From assembly GCA_036676985.1 (NCBI GenBank), contig JAKFBU010000043.1, positions 38,668-102,667 on the forward strand: 64,000 nucleotides of DNA, in the 5' to 3' direction. Position numbers and translations under genes: made by a program. The stretch's first letter is position 1. The number at the start of each line of letters is the position of its first letter. The DNA is from Candidatus Sericytochromatia bacterium. GTDB lineage: Bacteria > Cyanobacteriota > Sericytochromatia > S15B-MN24 > UBA4093. Of the stretch, positions 30,114 to 39,927 are shown in pieces. Under the pieces are notes generated by a model that saw only the letters and a list, made by a program, of their open reading frames with translations, had not been told where the DNA came from and did no database searches.

Positions 30114-31641
30114 CTTTCTTTCCTTCGCTCTTCTTGGAGCCCAGGTCGTTGAGCAGCTGATCGGGGTACTCGATGCGCTGGTGGTAGAGGCCCTGGGTGA
30201 TCCGGATGAAGGTCTGGGCGACGATCTCGAGCTCCTGCAGGGTCAGCGGGCTCTCGGAGAGCTCGCCGTCCGACAGGCGCTTGCTGATGATCCGGCGCAC
30301 CGTCGCCTCGATCTGGTCCACGGTGGGGCTCTTGAGGGAGCGCATGGTGGCCTCGGTGGCGTCGGCGAGCATGACGATCGCCTGCTCCTTGGTCCAGGGC
30401 CGCGGGCCCGGGTACCGGAAGCCTTCTTCGGCCACGGAGTCCGGCCCCTCGGCCTGGCCCGCCTGGTGGAAGAAGTAGCTCACCAGGCTCTTGCCGTGGT
30501 GCGTGATGATGAAGTCCGAGATGTCCTTGGGCAGCTTGTGCGCGCGCGCGAGCTCCATGCCCTCCTCCACGTGCGCGATGATGACGCGCGCCGACAGACG
30601 GGGATTGAGCTTGTCGTGGGCGTTGTCCAGGCCCAGCTGGTTCTCGACGAAGAAGACGGGCCGCTTGACCTTGCCGATGTCGTGGTAGTAGGCGCCGACG
30701 CGGACCAGGAGGGCGTCCGCCCCGATGGCCTCGGCCGCGGCCTCGGCGAGGTTGCCCACCATGATCGAGTGGTGGTAGGTGCCGGGTGCCTTGGTGAGCA
30801 CCAGCCGCAAGAGGGGCTGCGACGGATTGGCGAGCTCCAGGAGCTTGAAGGGCGTCACGATGTCGAAGATGGCCTCGAAGTAGGGCAGGATGCCCACGGC
30901 GAGGATGGCCGAGCCGACGCCGCCCAGCGCCCCCCAGGCCGCCTTGAGGCCCCACTCGCGGACCTCCGCGGGGCCGCCGCCGCCCGACAGCGCACCGAGG
31001 GCGAGGATGAGGGCGACGTTGGCGAGGCTCGCGAACAGGCCCGCCCGCGCGAGGTCGGCGCGCGCCCGGATGCGGAAGACGGCGAAGACGGCCGCCACGG
31101 ACCCGCCGATCTGGACGAGCACGGCCCCCGCGCCCTCGAGGGCCGAGGGGGCGCCCGCCCCGATGGTCGCGCCCGCCGTGAGGGCCATCAGGAGGATGGT
31201 GAACAGGGCGATGCGCGGGTTGAGGAAGACGGCCAGGAGGATGGCCGCGGCCGGCATGGGCGAGAGGTAGGGTGAGGCCTTGAGGAGCTCCAGCACCCAC
31301 ACGGCCGTGAAGACCATGAGCGTGACCAGGGATAGTACGTAGAGCCGTCGGGGCTCCCGGATGAGGTTGGGTTCGAAGAAGCGCAGGTAGCCCGCGTACA
31401 GGCTGACGAGCGTGGCCACGGCGATGACGACGCCCAGCGCCGGCACGTAGGCCGAGGGGTGAGACGTCGTCTGGGGCATCCACGCCACGTGGATCTGCAG
31501 CAGGAGGACGACCAGGAGGATGCCCGTGCCGCCGCACGCGATCCACTGGTGGGTCTCGATCCGCTGGAGCCGCTCGCGCAGCGCCTCGGGGATGCGCTCT
31601 CCGGCGCTAGCGCGCAGCTTGTCGAGCGTGAGCTGAATCAT
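30094..31641 (-). CDS. 7TM-HD phosphohydrolase (PgpH-like, HDIG domain)
   Basis: TM block followed by LLELAN, APGTYHHS, YYHDIGK, HHG, FRYPGPRP, MLAD..EA. Confidence 0.9.
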   Translation of the reverse strand: MIQLTLDKLRASAGERIPEALRERLQRIETHQWIACGGTGILLVVLLLQIHVAWMPQTTSHPSAYVPALGVVIAVATLVSLYAGYLRFFEPNLIREPRRLYVLSLVTLMVFTAVWVLELLKASPYLSPMPAAAILLAVFLNPRIALFTILLMALTAGATIGAGAPSALEGAGAVLVQIGGSVAAVFAVFRIRARADLARAGLFASLANVALILALGALSGGGGPAEVREWGLKAAWGALGGVGSAILAVGILPYFEAIFDIVTPFKLLELANPSQPLLRLVLTKAPGTYHHSIMVGNLAEAAAEAIGADALLVRVGAYYHDIGKVKRPVFFVENQLGLDNAHDKLNPRLSARVIIAHVEEGMELARAHKLPKDISDFIITHHGKSLVSYFFHQAGQAEGPDSVAEEGFRYPGPRPWTKEQAIVMLADATEATMRSLKSPTVDQIEATVRRIISKRLSDGELSESPLTLQELEIVAQTFIRITQGLYHQRIEYPDQLLNDLGSKKSEGKKVGHPAR

Positions 31642-32599
31642 CGATCCGTCGGGCCTCGTAGGACTCGTAGGCGGACACGATCCGGCGAACCAGATCGTGC
31701 CGGACCACGTCGGCTTGCGTGAAGGTCACAAAAGAGATGTCGGGAATTTTTCCCAGCAGTTGCTCGATGTTCAGGAGTCCCGACGTCTTGCCGCGGGGCA
31801 GGTCCGTCTGGGTGGCATCGCCCGTGACGACCACCTTGGAGCCGAAGCCGATGCGCGTCAGGAACATCTTCATCTGCTCGGGGGTGGTGTTCTGGGCTTC
31901 GTCCAGGATGATGAACGCGTCGTTGAGCGTGCGGCCCCGCATGTAGGCGAGGGGCGCGATCTCGATGGTCCCGCGTTCGAGGTATTTCTGGAAGCGCTCC
32001 TGGTCGAGCATCTCGTAGAGCGCGTCGTAGAGGGGGCGGAAGTAGGGATCGACCTTGGCCTGGAAGTCGCCGGGCAGAAAGCCGAGGCTCTCGCCCGCCT
32101 CGACGGCCGGACGGGTCAGGATGAGGCGGCTCACGCGCTTGTCGCGCAGGGCCTGCACGGCCATGGCCACCGCGAGGAAGCTCTTGCCGGTGCCCGCAGG
32201 CCCCAGGCCGAAGGTGAGCGTGTTCTCGTGGATCGCCTGGACGTAAGCCTTCTGGTGCAGGGTCTTGGCCCGGATGGGCTTGCCGCGCTGGGTCGTGACG
32301 ATGGTCTCGGTGTAGAGCGACCCGATGGGCGCTTCGGGGTTCTTGATGAGCTGCTGGAGGGCGTAGGTGAGCTCGGAGGCCTTGAGGGCCTGCTTGTCCT
32401 GCCACGAGTCCAGCTCGGCGAAGAGGCGCCGCCCCAGCTCCACGGGCTCCATGGCGCCCGTCAGGATGATCTCGTCTCCCCGCATGGTGGCCTGGATGCC
32501 GAGCTCGGTCTCGACGAGGCGTAGGTTCTCCTCGTTGGTACCCGTCAGCAAGAGGGCGCTGTGGTGGTCTTTGAGGGGGATGCGGATCTCCGTGGACAT
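31607..32599 (-). CDS. phoH: PhoH-like ATPase
   Basis: GPAGTGKS, TRPAVEAGE, MRGRTL, DEAQN. Confidence 0.96.
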   Translation of the reverse strand: MSTEIRIPLKDHHSALLLTGTNEENLRLVETELGIQATMRGDEIILTGAMEPVELGRRLFAELDSWQDKQALKASELTYALQQLIKNPEAPIGSLYTETIVTTQRGKPIRAKTLHQKAYVQAIHENTLTFGLGPAGTGKSFLAVAMAVQALRDKRVSRLILTRPAVEAGESLGFLPGDFQAKVDPYFRPLYDALYEMLDQERFQKYLERGTIEIAPLAYMRGRTLNDAFIILDEAQNTTPEQMKMFLTRIGFGSKVVVTGDATQTDLPRGKTSGLLNIEQLLGKIPDISFVTFTQADVVRHDLVRRIVSAYESYEARRIDDSAHARQAAR

Positions 32600-32649
32600 G
32601 CGTTCTCTCTAGGGCAGTTAAACCGGGGCGCTGTCCCGGCATGATACCA

Positions 32650-32687
32650 GAAAAAGCAGCACGGAGCCCACGTTGTGGGCTCCGTGC
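32650..32687 (-). terminator. Terminator after rpsU
   Basis: GCACGGAGCCCAC-GTT-GTGGGCTCCGTGC hairpin with a U-tract on the minus strand. Confidence 0.75.
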
Positions 32688-32707
32688 GGACGAACTAGGC
32701 CAGTGGT

Positions 32708-32881
32708 CTAGCTGCGGCGCTTGCGAGCGGCTTCCGACTTGCGCTTGCGGCGCACGCTGGGCTTCTCGTAGCGCTCACGGCGCTTGATCTCCGACAGGAT
32801 ACCGGCCTTCTGAATCTTCTTCTTGAAACGCTTGAGGGCGCTCTCGATCGACTCGTTTTCGCCGAGACGAACTTCTGCCAA
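32708..32881 (-). CDS. rpsU: 30S ribosomal protein S21 (not in ORF track)
   Basis: TTG start; [57 protein letters not shown]. Confidence 0.96.
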   Translation of the reverse strand: MAEVRLGENESIESALKRFKKKIQKAGILSEIKRRERYEKPSVRRKRKSEAARKRRS

Positions 32882-33004
32882 GGAATTTCACCCCCTCTGA
32901 AACGGCAATTCCTGAGCTCGGTGCTCAGAGGGATCGATCTTAACCGACCAGCGGGGAAAAGGCAACTCCCTCCGATCTCCGGGAGATCGGGCTCGGCCAT
33001 CTCC

Positions 33005-33340
33005 TTAACCCGGCGGCCACTGCAGGGCCCGCCCCCCGAGGACGTGCCAGTGCAGGTGCGGCACCGTCTGCTGGGCGTCGCGGCCCACGTTGGTGACGAC
33101 CCGGTAGCCGCTCTCGGCGATCCCCTCTTGCCGGGCGACCGCGTTGACGGCCTCGGTGAGGTGGTGGCAGCCCTCGCCGGACAGCTCGGCGAGACTCGGG
33201 ACGTGGCGGCGGGGGATCACCAGGACGTGCACCGGCGCCTGCGGGTTGATGTCCCGAAAGGCGACGGTGTGCTCATCCTGGTACACGAGCTGGGCCGGGA
33301 TGGCCCCCTCGACGATCTTGCAGAAAAGGCAGTCGGACAT
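33005..33340 (-). CDS. hinT: Histidine triad (HIT) nucleotide-binding protein
   Basis: DCLFCKI, DINPQAPVH, HLHWHVLGG. Confidence 0.95.
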   Translation of the reverse strand: MSDCLFCKIVEGAIPAQLVYQDEHTVAFRDINPQAPVHVLVIPRRHVPSLAELSGEGCHHLTEAVNAVARQEGIAESGYRVVTNVGRDAQQTVPHLHWHVLGGRALQWPPG

Positions 33341-33367
33341 GGCGAGGTTCCTTGCGACGATGCGGGC

Positions 33368-33592
33368 TTAGCGCTTGGGGTGCGGGGTCGGCGTGGGCGA
33401 GGGGGTCGGGGAGGGGGCCGACTGAACCTTGTAGCTACGCAGGGGCGGCGCCTCGATGTGGGTGACGCCCTCGGGCATGTTGCGGTCCACGGTGACGCCG
33501 CGGATCGGCAGGCCCGGCTTGGGGGTGGGCTCGGCGGCCATGGCGGGGGCCGCGGCGACGAGCGTGGTGGCGATCGCGATCGCAGAAAGCAT
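33368..33592 (-). CDS. Small secreted Pro-rich protein
   Basis: Signal peptide (AMA); PSPTPSPTPTP tail; operonic spacing with neighbours. Confidence 0.65.
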   Translation of the reverse strand: MLSAIAIATTLVAAAPAMAAEPTPKPGLPIRGVTVDRNMPEGVTHIEAPPLRSYKVQSAPSPTPSPTPTPHPKR

Positions 33593-33596
33593 CGGT

Positions 33597-34319
33597 TTAT
33601 CCCTCTCGGACGAAGGTGGCGGACAACTGGACGGGGACGACGAGGCCCTGCCGCCCTTCGACGGGCAGGACGATCTTGGTGGACTTGGCGAACTGGTTCT
33701 TGCGGACCGTCGCCAGGATCTCGTATTTGCCGGGCTGGACGCCGCGCACCGTGATGGGCACGACGGTCTTGCCGCGCTTCAAGGAGCCTTCCCAGCTGAT
33801 TTCCCGGGCGTCGACCGGCTGGTTGTTGGCGTCGACGAACTCCAGGCCGTCGGGCAGGTCGATGGTGAAGGTCACCTGGTCGACGTCCTCGGCCATGTCG
33901 AAGCCGATGTTGACGGCGGTGGGCGTCGCCACCGAGACCGCTGCGGTCTGGATGGTGGGCAAGGGGGCCTGGGTGCGCAGCGCCATGGTGCCCACCGTGA
34001 GGAGGAGGGCCGCGGCGACGGCGCCGGCGGCGAGGCTCGGCCAGTTGATGAGGGTCGCGACCCGGCCCAGGACCTTTCGCTCGGCCTGAACGGGCGCGGG
34101 CTCGGCGTCGAGCCGGGTGCGGATCCGGTCCATGAGGTCCGCGGGCGCGTCGGGCGCCTTGCGGCTCTTGAGCATGGCGATCACGGCCTGGAGCTCGGCG
34201 AGGTGCTCGGCGCAGCCGGGGCACGCGGCCAGGTGCTGGGCGATCGCCTCGCGCGGCACGTCCGGGTCGGTCGGATCCAGGAAGTCGGACAGGTGATCTT
34301 GGATTTGCTCGCAGGTCAT
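33597..34319 (-). CDS. Zinc-binding anti-sigma factor (zf-HC2) with TM helix and extracytoplasmic beta domain
   Basis: C...HLAACPGC (HxxxCxxC); one TM helix; follows the ECF sigma gene. Confidence 0.85.
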   Translation of the reverse strand: MTCEQIQDHLSDFLDPTDPDVPREAIAQHLAACPGCAEHLAELQAVIAMLKSRKAPDAPADLMDRIRTRLDAEPAPVQAERKVLGRVATLINWPSLAAGAVAAALLLTVGTMALRTQAPLPTIQTAAVSVATPTAVNIGFDMAEDVDQVTFTIDLPDGLEFVDANNQPVDAREISWEGSLKRGKTVVPITVRGVQPGKYEILATVRKNQFAKSTKIVLPVEGRQGLVVPVQLSATFVREG

Positions 34320-34327
34320 GGTTGCCT

Positions 34328-34912
34328 CTATCCGCCTTGATACTCGCTCGGAAGGTATCCGGCGAGCTTTGACTTCTGGCCCATCAGGCGCTGCCTGAGG
34401 GTCTCGCGTGCCCGGTTGAGACGGCTCTTGACGGTGCCCAGGTTGATGTCGAGCATCGAGGCGATCTCGTCGTAGCTGTAGCCCTCGATGTCGTAGAGCA
34501 CCAGGGGCTCGCGGAGCTTGTCCGAGAGCGTCCCGATGGCCTCGGCCATGATGCCCTGGAGCTCGTTCTGCTCGGTGGGCTGGTCGAGGCTGGGGCCCAT
34601 GGCCTCGGGCAGGACCTCGGTGGCCTCTTCGTGCTTGCGCACGGCGCGCTTGAGCTCGTCGAGCGCGGTATTCCGCACGATGCGGCCGACCCAGGTGGCG
34701 AAGCCCGCCTGTTGCCGGAAGGAGGCCATCGACCGATAGGCCTTGATCATGGCGTCCTGGACGATGTCGGCGGCGTCGTCCTGGTTGCCCATCATCTGAT
34801 AGGCCAAGCCGTAGAAGCGGTTGAGGTGGGGGGCGATGAGCTGCTCGAAGGCCGCCTTGTCCCCCGCCTGGGCCCGCCGCAACAGCTCGGGCTCCTCTGC
34901 GGAGTTGGCCAC
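34328..34912 (-). CDS. ECF RNA polymerase sigma factor
   Basis: AQAGDKAAFEQL, DAADIVQD, FATWVGRI, GYSYDEIA...GTVKSRLNRAR. Confidence 0.95.
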   Translation of the reverse strand: MANSAEEPELLRRAQAGDKAAFEQLIAPHLNRFYGLAYQMMGNQDDAADIVQDAMIKAYRSMASFRQQAGFATWVGRIVRNTALDELKRAVRKHEEATEVLPEAMGPSLDQPTEQNELQGIMAEAIGTLSDKLREPLVLYDIEGYSYDEIASMLDINLGTVKSRLNRARETLRQRLMGQKSKLAGYLPSEYQGG

Positions 34913-35218
34913 GCCGTGTCCTTTCGCTGGAGTCGAGGGGGTAGACGAAGCCTTCATTCTACCGGACTCAACCTCCCCCCACAACTTGGGGGCGGACGGG
35001 CGCAGGATGGCAATCGCGTTGGATCCGATCATAGGGTCCCTCTTGGTGCGTGAACCGTTCCTGCTCCTCTGACGAGAGCGGGGGCCGAGATGTTCGATCC
35101 GCCCTGCGGGGCGGCCGCGCGCCCAGGGGCGTGATATAATGAGGTGTTTCCCACCATGGACAGAAACGGGCACGTTGACAGGCGTCAAGGGTGCCTGCAA
35201 CACAGAAAGGGGCGACCG

Positions 35219-35563
35219 ATGCGCGGCGGAATGGGCGGTATGGGTGGCATGGACCTCCAGAAGCTGATGAAGCAGGCCCAGAAGATGCAGGAGGACCTCC
35301 TCAAGGCCCAGGAGAACCTGGGTTCCCAGACGGTCGAGGGCACCTCGGGCGGCGGGGCGGTGACGGTGACGGCCAACGGCCACAAGGAGATCACCGCGGT
35401 GCGCCTCAAGCCCGAAGCGGTCGATCCGGACGACATCGAGACGCTCGAGGACCTGGTCCTCACGGCCATTCGCGATGCCCAGGCCAAGGCCAACGCGCTC
35501 GCCGAGAACCAGATGGGCAACATGATGCCCCCCGGCATGAACCTCCCCGGCTTCGGACGGTAA
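35219..35563 (+). CDS. ybaB: YbaB/EbfC nucleoid-associated protein
   Basis: [26 protein letters not shown]; upstream of recR. Confidence 0.95.
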   Translation: MRGGMGGMGGMDLQKLMKQAQKMQEDLLKAQENLGSQTVEGTSGGGAVTVTANGHKEITAVRLKPEAVDPDDIETLEDLVLTAIRDAQAKANALAENQMGNMMPPGMNLPGFGR

Positions 35564-35581
35564 CGCCTAGAAGGAACGTCG

Positions 35582-36178
35582 GTGTTCTACTCCAAACCCC
35601 TCGCTCAGCTCATCGAGGAGCTGCAGAAGCTCCCCGGTATCGGGCCCAAGAGCGCTCAGCGCCTGGCGTTCCACCTGCTCAAGCAGCCGGACGGGGACGT
35701 CAAGCGCCTGGCGCAGAGCCTGATCGACGCCAAGGAGCAGATCCGGCTCTGCTCGGTCTGCTCGAACCTGAGCGTGAACGACCCCTGCGAGCTGTGCGCG
35801 CACCCGACGCGGGACGTGTCCACGGTCTGCGTGGTGGCCGAGCCCAAGGACCTGGTCGCCGTCGAACGGACCAAGGAGTACAAGGGCCGGTATCACGTGT
35901 TGCAGGGCCTCATCTCGCCCATGGACGGCGTGGGTCCGGACCAGCTCAAGATCAAGGAGCTGCTGGACCGGGTGGGCTCGGGGGAGATCCAGGAGATCAT
36001 CCTGGCCATCAACCCGACCATCGAAGGAGAGGTCACGACCCTCTACCTGAGCCGCATGCTTAAACCCCTGGGCGTCCGCGTCACGCGCATCGCCTTCGGC
36101 CTGCCCATGGGCGGCGACCTGGAATACGCGGACGAGATGACGCTCGTCAAGGCCCTCGAGGGCCGGCGCGAGGTCTAG
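35582..36178 (+). CDS. recR: Recombination protein RecR
   Basis: [14 protein letters not shown]4 zinc finger, Toprim domain. Confidence 0.98.
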   Translation: MFYSKPLAQLIEELQKLPGIGPKSAQRLAFHLLKQPDGDVKRLAQSLIDAKEQIRLCSVCSNLSVNDPCELCAHPTRDVSTVCVVAEPKDLVAVERTKEYKGRYHVLQGLISPMDGVGPDQLKIKELLDRVGSGEIQEIILAINPTIEGEVTTLYLSRMLKPLGVRVTRIAFGLPMGGDLEYADEMTLVKALEGRREV

Positions 36179-36200
36179 TTCCGGCGGTTTCCAAGAACGA

Positions 36201-36234
36201 ACAGCGCCCCCGACCGAGGTCGGGGGCGCTGCTT
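36201..36234. terminator. Bidirectional terminator hairpin
   Basis: CAGCGCCCCCGACC-GA-GGTCGGGGGCGCTG between convergent genes. Confidence 0.75.
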
Positions 36235-36243
36235 TGCAGGAGG

Positions 36244-36939
36244 CTACTTGCGAACGGTGCTGCGGGTGAGCTGGCCGAGCGATCGCTTGCTGGCATCGTA
36301 GGTGCCCATCACGATCTGCTCGCGGGGCCCCATGATCGTCTGCGACACGATGCGGGCCTTGAACGTGTAGACGCTGCCCATGCCGGCCAGGGTCTCGATG
36401 AGGCGGACCTCGATGCCGGAATCCGGGCCCTTGGGCTCGGAGGCCTCGAGCGTCTCGATCAGGTCGCGGCGGACCAGGATGCGCTCGGGGTAGCCCGTCG
36501 TCACCTGGAAGTCCTGGATCTCGAGGGCGTAGCTGAACTTCTTGTCCGTCACGCCGACGCGCTTGACGACCGTGCCCGTGACGAAGGCGCTGCGGACCAC
36601 CTCGGTGAGGTTGTCGTTGCAGGCGGCCATCAGGCCCTTGTGGTTGCGGATCGGGAGCAGGGCGCCGGTTTCGTCGCGCAGGAACGCGCCGCTACCGTCC
36701 ATGTTGATGGTGTAGACGCTCTCGATGCGGGGGTTGCAGGCTACGACCTGGATCTTCTGGCCGACCATCTGCTCGAGGTTGCGGCTCGCCTCGACGAGCA
36801 TGAGGGCCGTCGCCGGGACGTCCTTGGCCTGGGTCTTGGCCGTGGTGGCCTTGAGGGGCTGGGTGGGGGCGACGCCGCAGCCCGAAAGGGTGAAGGCGGC
36901 GGCGGTTATGATAAGAAGCAAAGGCTTGATAATGTTCAT
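36244..36939 (-). CDS. Hypothetical lipoprotein
   Basis: Lipobox LSGC; coding codon bias. Confidence 0.75.
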   Translation of the reverse strand: MNIIKPLLLIITAAAFTLSGCGVAPTQPLKATTAKTQAKDVPATALMLVEASRNLEQMVGQKIQVVACNPRIESVYTINMDGSGAFLRDETGALLPIRNHKGLMAACNDNLTEVVRSAFVTGTVVKRVGVTDKKFSYALEIQDFQVTTGYPERILVRRDLIETLEASEPKGPDSGIEVRLIETLAGMGSVYTFKARIVSQTIMGPREQIVMGTYDASKRSLGQLTRSTVRK

Positions 36940-37085
36940 AGGGGAATCTCCTCACTTAACGTGTCTTTATGATGACAAACCCCGCACACGCCAAGGTATA
37001 GGACTATTTATATCAAGTTAAAGATTTGGTTAAGGCGTCGTGGGTCTGGTAGGCTGCTGGTGGAAACGCTCGAAAGGAGCTTGCG

Positions 37086-37805
37086 ATGAAGAAACCCCTG
37101 GGTGTGTTGCTCTTGCACGGGTTCACCGGCCTGCCGGAGACGGTGAACGGCCTGGTGCCGCATCTCGAGGCGGCGGGCCTGCCCTACCGCATGCCGGCCA
37201 TGCGGGGTCACTTCAGCAAGCCCGAGGACCTGGTCGGCGTCACGTGGCCGGACTGGGTCGCGGACGCCGGAGCGGCCCTGGACGACCTGCTCGCCGAGGT
37301 GGATCAGGTGGTGGTCGTCGCCCTCTCCATGGGCGGCCTCGTGGCGCTCAAGCTCGCCATGGATCGTCCGGAGCGCCTGGCGGGCCTGGTGCTGGTGGCG
37401 CCGGCCCTGCGCTTCGTCGACCCGTTGACCTCGCTGACGCCGCTCCTGTCGATGGTCGCGAAGTTCTGGGCCATGCCCAAGGCTCCCAAGGACTGTGCGT
37501 ACGAGGCCCGGAACTACGCGTACTTCCCCACCAAGACGTTCGCGTCCTTCCAGGACTTCGCGCGCCACGTGGAGGTCAACCTGCCGCGGGTCAAGACGCC
37601 CATCTGCCTCATGCACTCCAAGGTCGACCGGACCATCCAGTGGATCTCGTCGCAGATCATCCACGATCGCGTCTCGTCGGAGGTCAAGGAGCTCCACTGG
37701 TTCGAGCGCTCGGGCCACGAGATGATGATGGATCGGGAGAAGGATCGGGTCTTCGAGCTGACGATGGCCTTCGTCCAGACCCGCACGCCCGCGGTGGAGG
37801 CTTAA
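37086..37805 (+). CDS. Alpha/beta-hydrolase carboxylesterase
   Basis: LLHGFTG, ALSMGG nucleophile elbow, Asp and SGH. Confidence 0.9.
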   Translation: MKKPLGVLLLHGFTGLPETVNGLVPHLEAAGLPYRMPAMRGHFSKPEDLVGVTWPDWVADAGAALDDLLAEVDQVVVVALSMGGLVALKLAMDRPERLAGLVLVAPALRFVDPLTSLTPLLSMVAKFWAMPKAPKDCAYEARNYAYFPTKTFASFQDFARHVEVNLPRVKTPICLMHSKVDRTIQWISSQIIHDRVSSEVKELHWFERSGHEMMMDREKDRVFELTMAFVQTRTPAVEA

Positions 37806-37880
37806 CCGGAAGCAAGTTCGAGCTTAAACTGGCTATAAAGAGATCATTGAAGTCTAAAACCCTGAAAGGTTGATATACAG

Positions 37881-38963
37881 ATGATCTCGGCTATTTCCGG
37901 TTTCCGGTTCACTTCCCTGACCCAGGCTCCCAAGGCGATCGCCCTCGCTGCTCCGCAGGCAGCCGCATCGGGCGATCGCCTCGCCATTTCGGCGCGCCCC
38001 AACTGGATCTCCGTGGTTCCCGGCAAGGACAGCCTGTCCCTGCGGGTCGAGCCCGGCACGACCCTGTGGAGCCTCGCGTCGCTCTACGCCACCGACTACA
38101 AGCAGGACAACCAGTTCGGCCAGCGTGACGCCCGCGACACGGCGCCCTTCGTGACGGATCTCCAGAAGGCGAACGGCCTCAAGAACAGCACCCTGCGGGT
38201 GGGGCAGACCCTCAAGGTCCCCACGAGCAAGGTTGGCACCAACCTCAACCTGGACCTGGCGATCGCGGTCCAGAAGTCCGTCGATGCCCGCCGCAAGGCC
38301 GGTCAGCAGCTGCCCGAGCTGGACTTCACGTCGCTGCGCGTCGGTCCTGGTCCCGTCGACTCGTACCTGGTCGAGGTCAAGAAGCGCGGCTCCAAGGACT
38401 TCCAGCGCTTCCACGTGTCGGACGACCTGAGCGGTGAGCGTCCGAACTCGTTCCTGGTGCACCTGCCCAGCGAGACGCCGTTCGAGGCGCCCAAGCCGTC
38501 GACGTTCTTCCAGGCGGGCAAGGATCAGCTCAACCTGACGGTGTCCTACAACGTGACCCTCTGGGGCCTGGCGAGCAAGTTCGCCACCGACCTCGGCGGC
38601 GACGGCAAGGTGGACGGCGCGGACATCAAGGCCTACATCGAGACGGTGAAGAAGGCCAATGGGCTGAAGAGCGACATGATCCGGGAGGGGCAGTCCCTGG
38701 TGCTGCCCACGGCGGCAAAGGGAACGAATGCGAACCTCGAGGCGGCCATCGTGATCCAGAAGGCCTTCGATGCCCGGGTCAAAGCGGGTGAGCCGATGCC
38801 TTACGCGGACTACACGAAGCTGACGGTGACGAAGGCTCCGGACGGCACGATGCTCGTGGCGCTGCCGCTGTTCGAGGATCCGGCGGTCATCGGCGTGGTC
38901 GTGAAGCCCGACCAGTCGGGGCAGTATCCCGGCGGGTACGACGTGAAGCTCGCGCACGAGTAA
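37881..38963 (+). CDS. Protein with two LysM-like repeat units
   Basis: TLWSLA...KANGL...LRVGQTLKVP and TLWGLA...KANGL...IREGQSLVLP. Confidence 0.8.
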   Translation: MISAISGFRFTSLTQAPKAIALAAPQAAASGDRLAISARPNWISVVPGKDSLSLRVEPGTTLWSLASLYATDYKQDNQFGQRDARDTAPFVTDLQKANGLKNSTLRVGQTLKVPTSKVGTNLNLDLAIAVQKSVDARRKAGQQLPELDFTSLRVGPGPVDSYLVEVKKRGSKDFQRFHVSDDLSGERPNSFLVHLPSETPFEAPKPSTFFQAGKDQLNLTVSYNVTLWGLASKFATDLGGDGKVDGADIKAYIETVKKANGLKSDMIREGQSLVLPTAAKGTNANLEAAIVIQKAFDARVKAGEPMPYADYTKLTVTKAPDGTMLVALPLFEDPAVIGVVVKPDQSGQYPGGYDVKLAHE

Positions 38964-39024
38964 GGGTTGAAGTGAAGAGGGGGCACGCGGTTTAGCGTGC
39001 CCCATTTGTTCCTCATAAAGAGCG

Positions 39025-39924
39025 TTAGGTCGAAAGACGCTTGGCACCACGGTGGTACAGCTGGACCGCCAGCACCACCCCGACCAGGGCCACCAGGCCG
39101 TCGCCGAACATCAGCGCCCCGTGCAGCACCGACCCCGCAATCGAGATGATGCGGCCCCAGGGGGCCGTGACGGGCGCAAAGGGAATGGTGAGCTGCATGA
39201 GCAGGAGCTTCGCCGCATACCAGCCGAGCACCAGGCAGCCCATCTTCGAGAAAAAGCTCCCGCCTTTGGCTGCCTTGAACACCGCCCGGCTGCGCGCGGG
39301 GATGCTCAGAAAGCGCGTCTGCGGCTCGACCACCGCGACCACGCCCATCATGACGCTCGCCGACAGGACGTAGAGCCCTGCCACCACCGCCAGCAGGAAG
39401 CCGCCACCCGCCGCCATGGGCAAGGCGAGCCCCGACCAGCCGTCCCCCAGACCGCCCGCGAGCCAGGCTCGCACCGACTGGGCCAAGAGCAGGGCGAGAC
39501 CCGCCAAGGTGCCGCCCACCACGCTCGCCACCGCGCCGAACCAGAAGATGGCCCGACCCGAGTGGAGCACGCCGTCGTTCCAGTCCTCGGGCCGCGGAGC
39601 GCGATCCTGAACCAGGGCATGGGCCGTGTTGATCCAGCCGCCGACCGTGAAGAGCAACAGCGTAAGCAGCAAGAGCGCCGTCGTGACCGCAGGGCGGCTC
39701 GGATCGGGCATGCCCTGGACCGCCGCCACGAAGGCCGCGACCCCGTCGCGCCACAGCGTGCGCACGGCGAGGGTTTCGGCGATCGCATACGGCGCGTTGA
39801 AGCCGACCTCGAAGCCCGCGATCGCGAGCACCAGGGCGACATACGGGCTTGCGCCGGGCGGGTGCAGGAGCACCCCGGCGTTACGCCTCAACAGGCCCAT
39901 GGAATGGCGCAGCCCTTCGGTCAC
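39025..39924 (-). CDS. Hypothetical multi-pass membrane protein
   Basis: About 6 hydrophobic helices; 3 nt downstream of lysS. Confidence 0.7.
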   Translation of the reverse strand: MTEGLRHSMGLLRRNAGVLLHPPGASPYVALVLAIAGFEVGFNAPYAIAETLAVRTLWRDGVAAFVAAVQGMPDPSRPAVTTALLLLTLLLFTVGGWINTAHALVQDRAPRPEDWNDGVLHSGRAIFWFGAVASVVGGTLAGLALLLAQSVRAWLAGGLGDGWSGLALPMAAGGGFLLAVVAGLYVLSASVMMGVVAVVEPQTRFLSIPARSRAVFKAAKGGSFFSKMGCLVLGWYAAKLLLMQLTIPFAPVTAPWGRIISIAGSVLHGALMFGDGLVALVGVVLAVQLYHRGAKRLST

Positions 39925-39927
39925 CGG

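Noticed and set aside
32695-33000. 101-aa minus-strand ORF
   Set aside because: Wrong frame; the real gene is the TTG-initiated rpsU at 32708-32881
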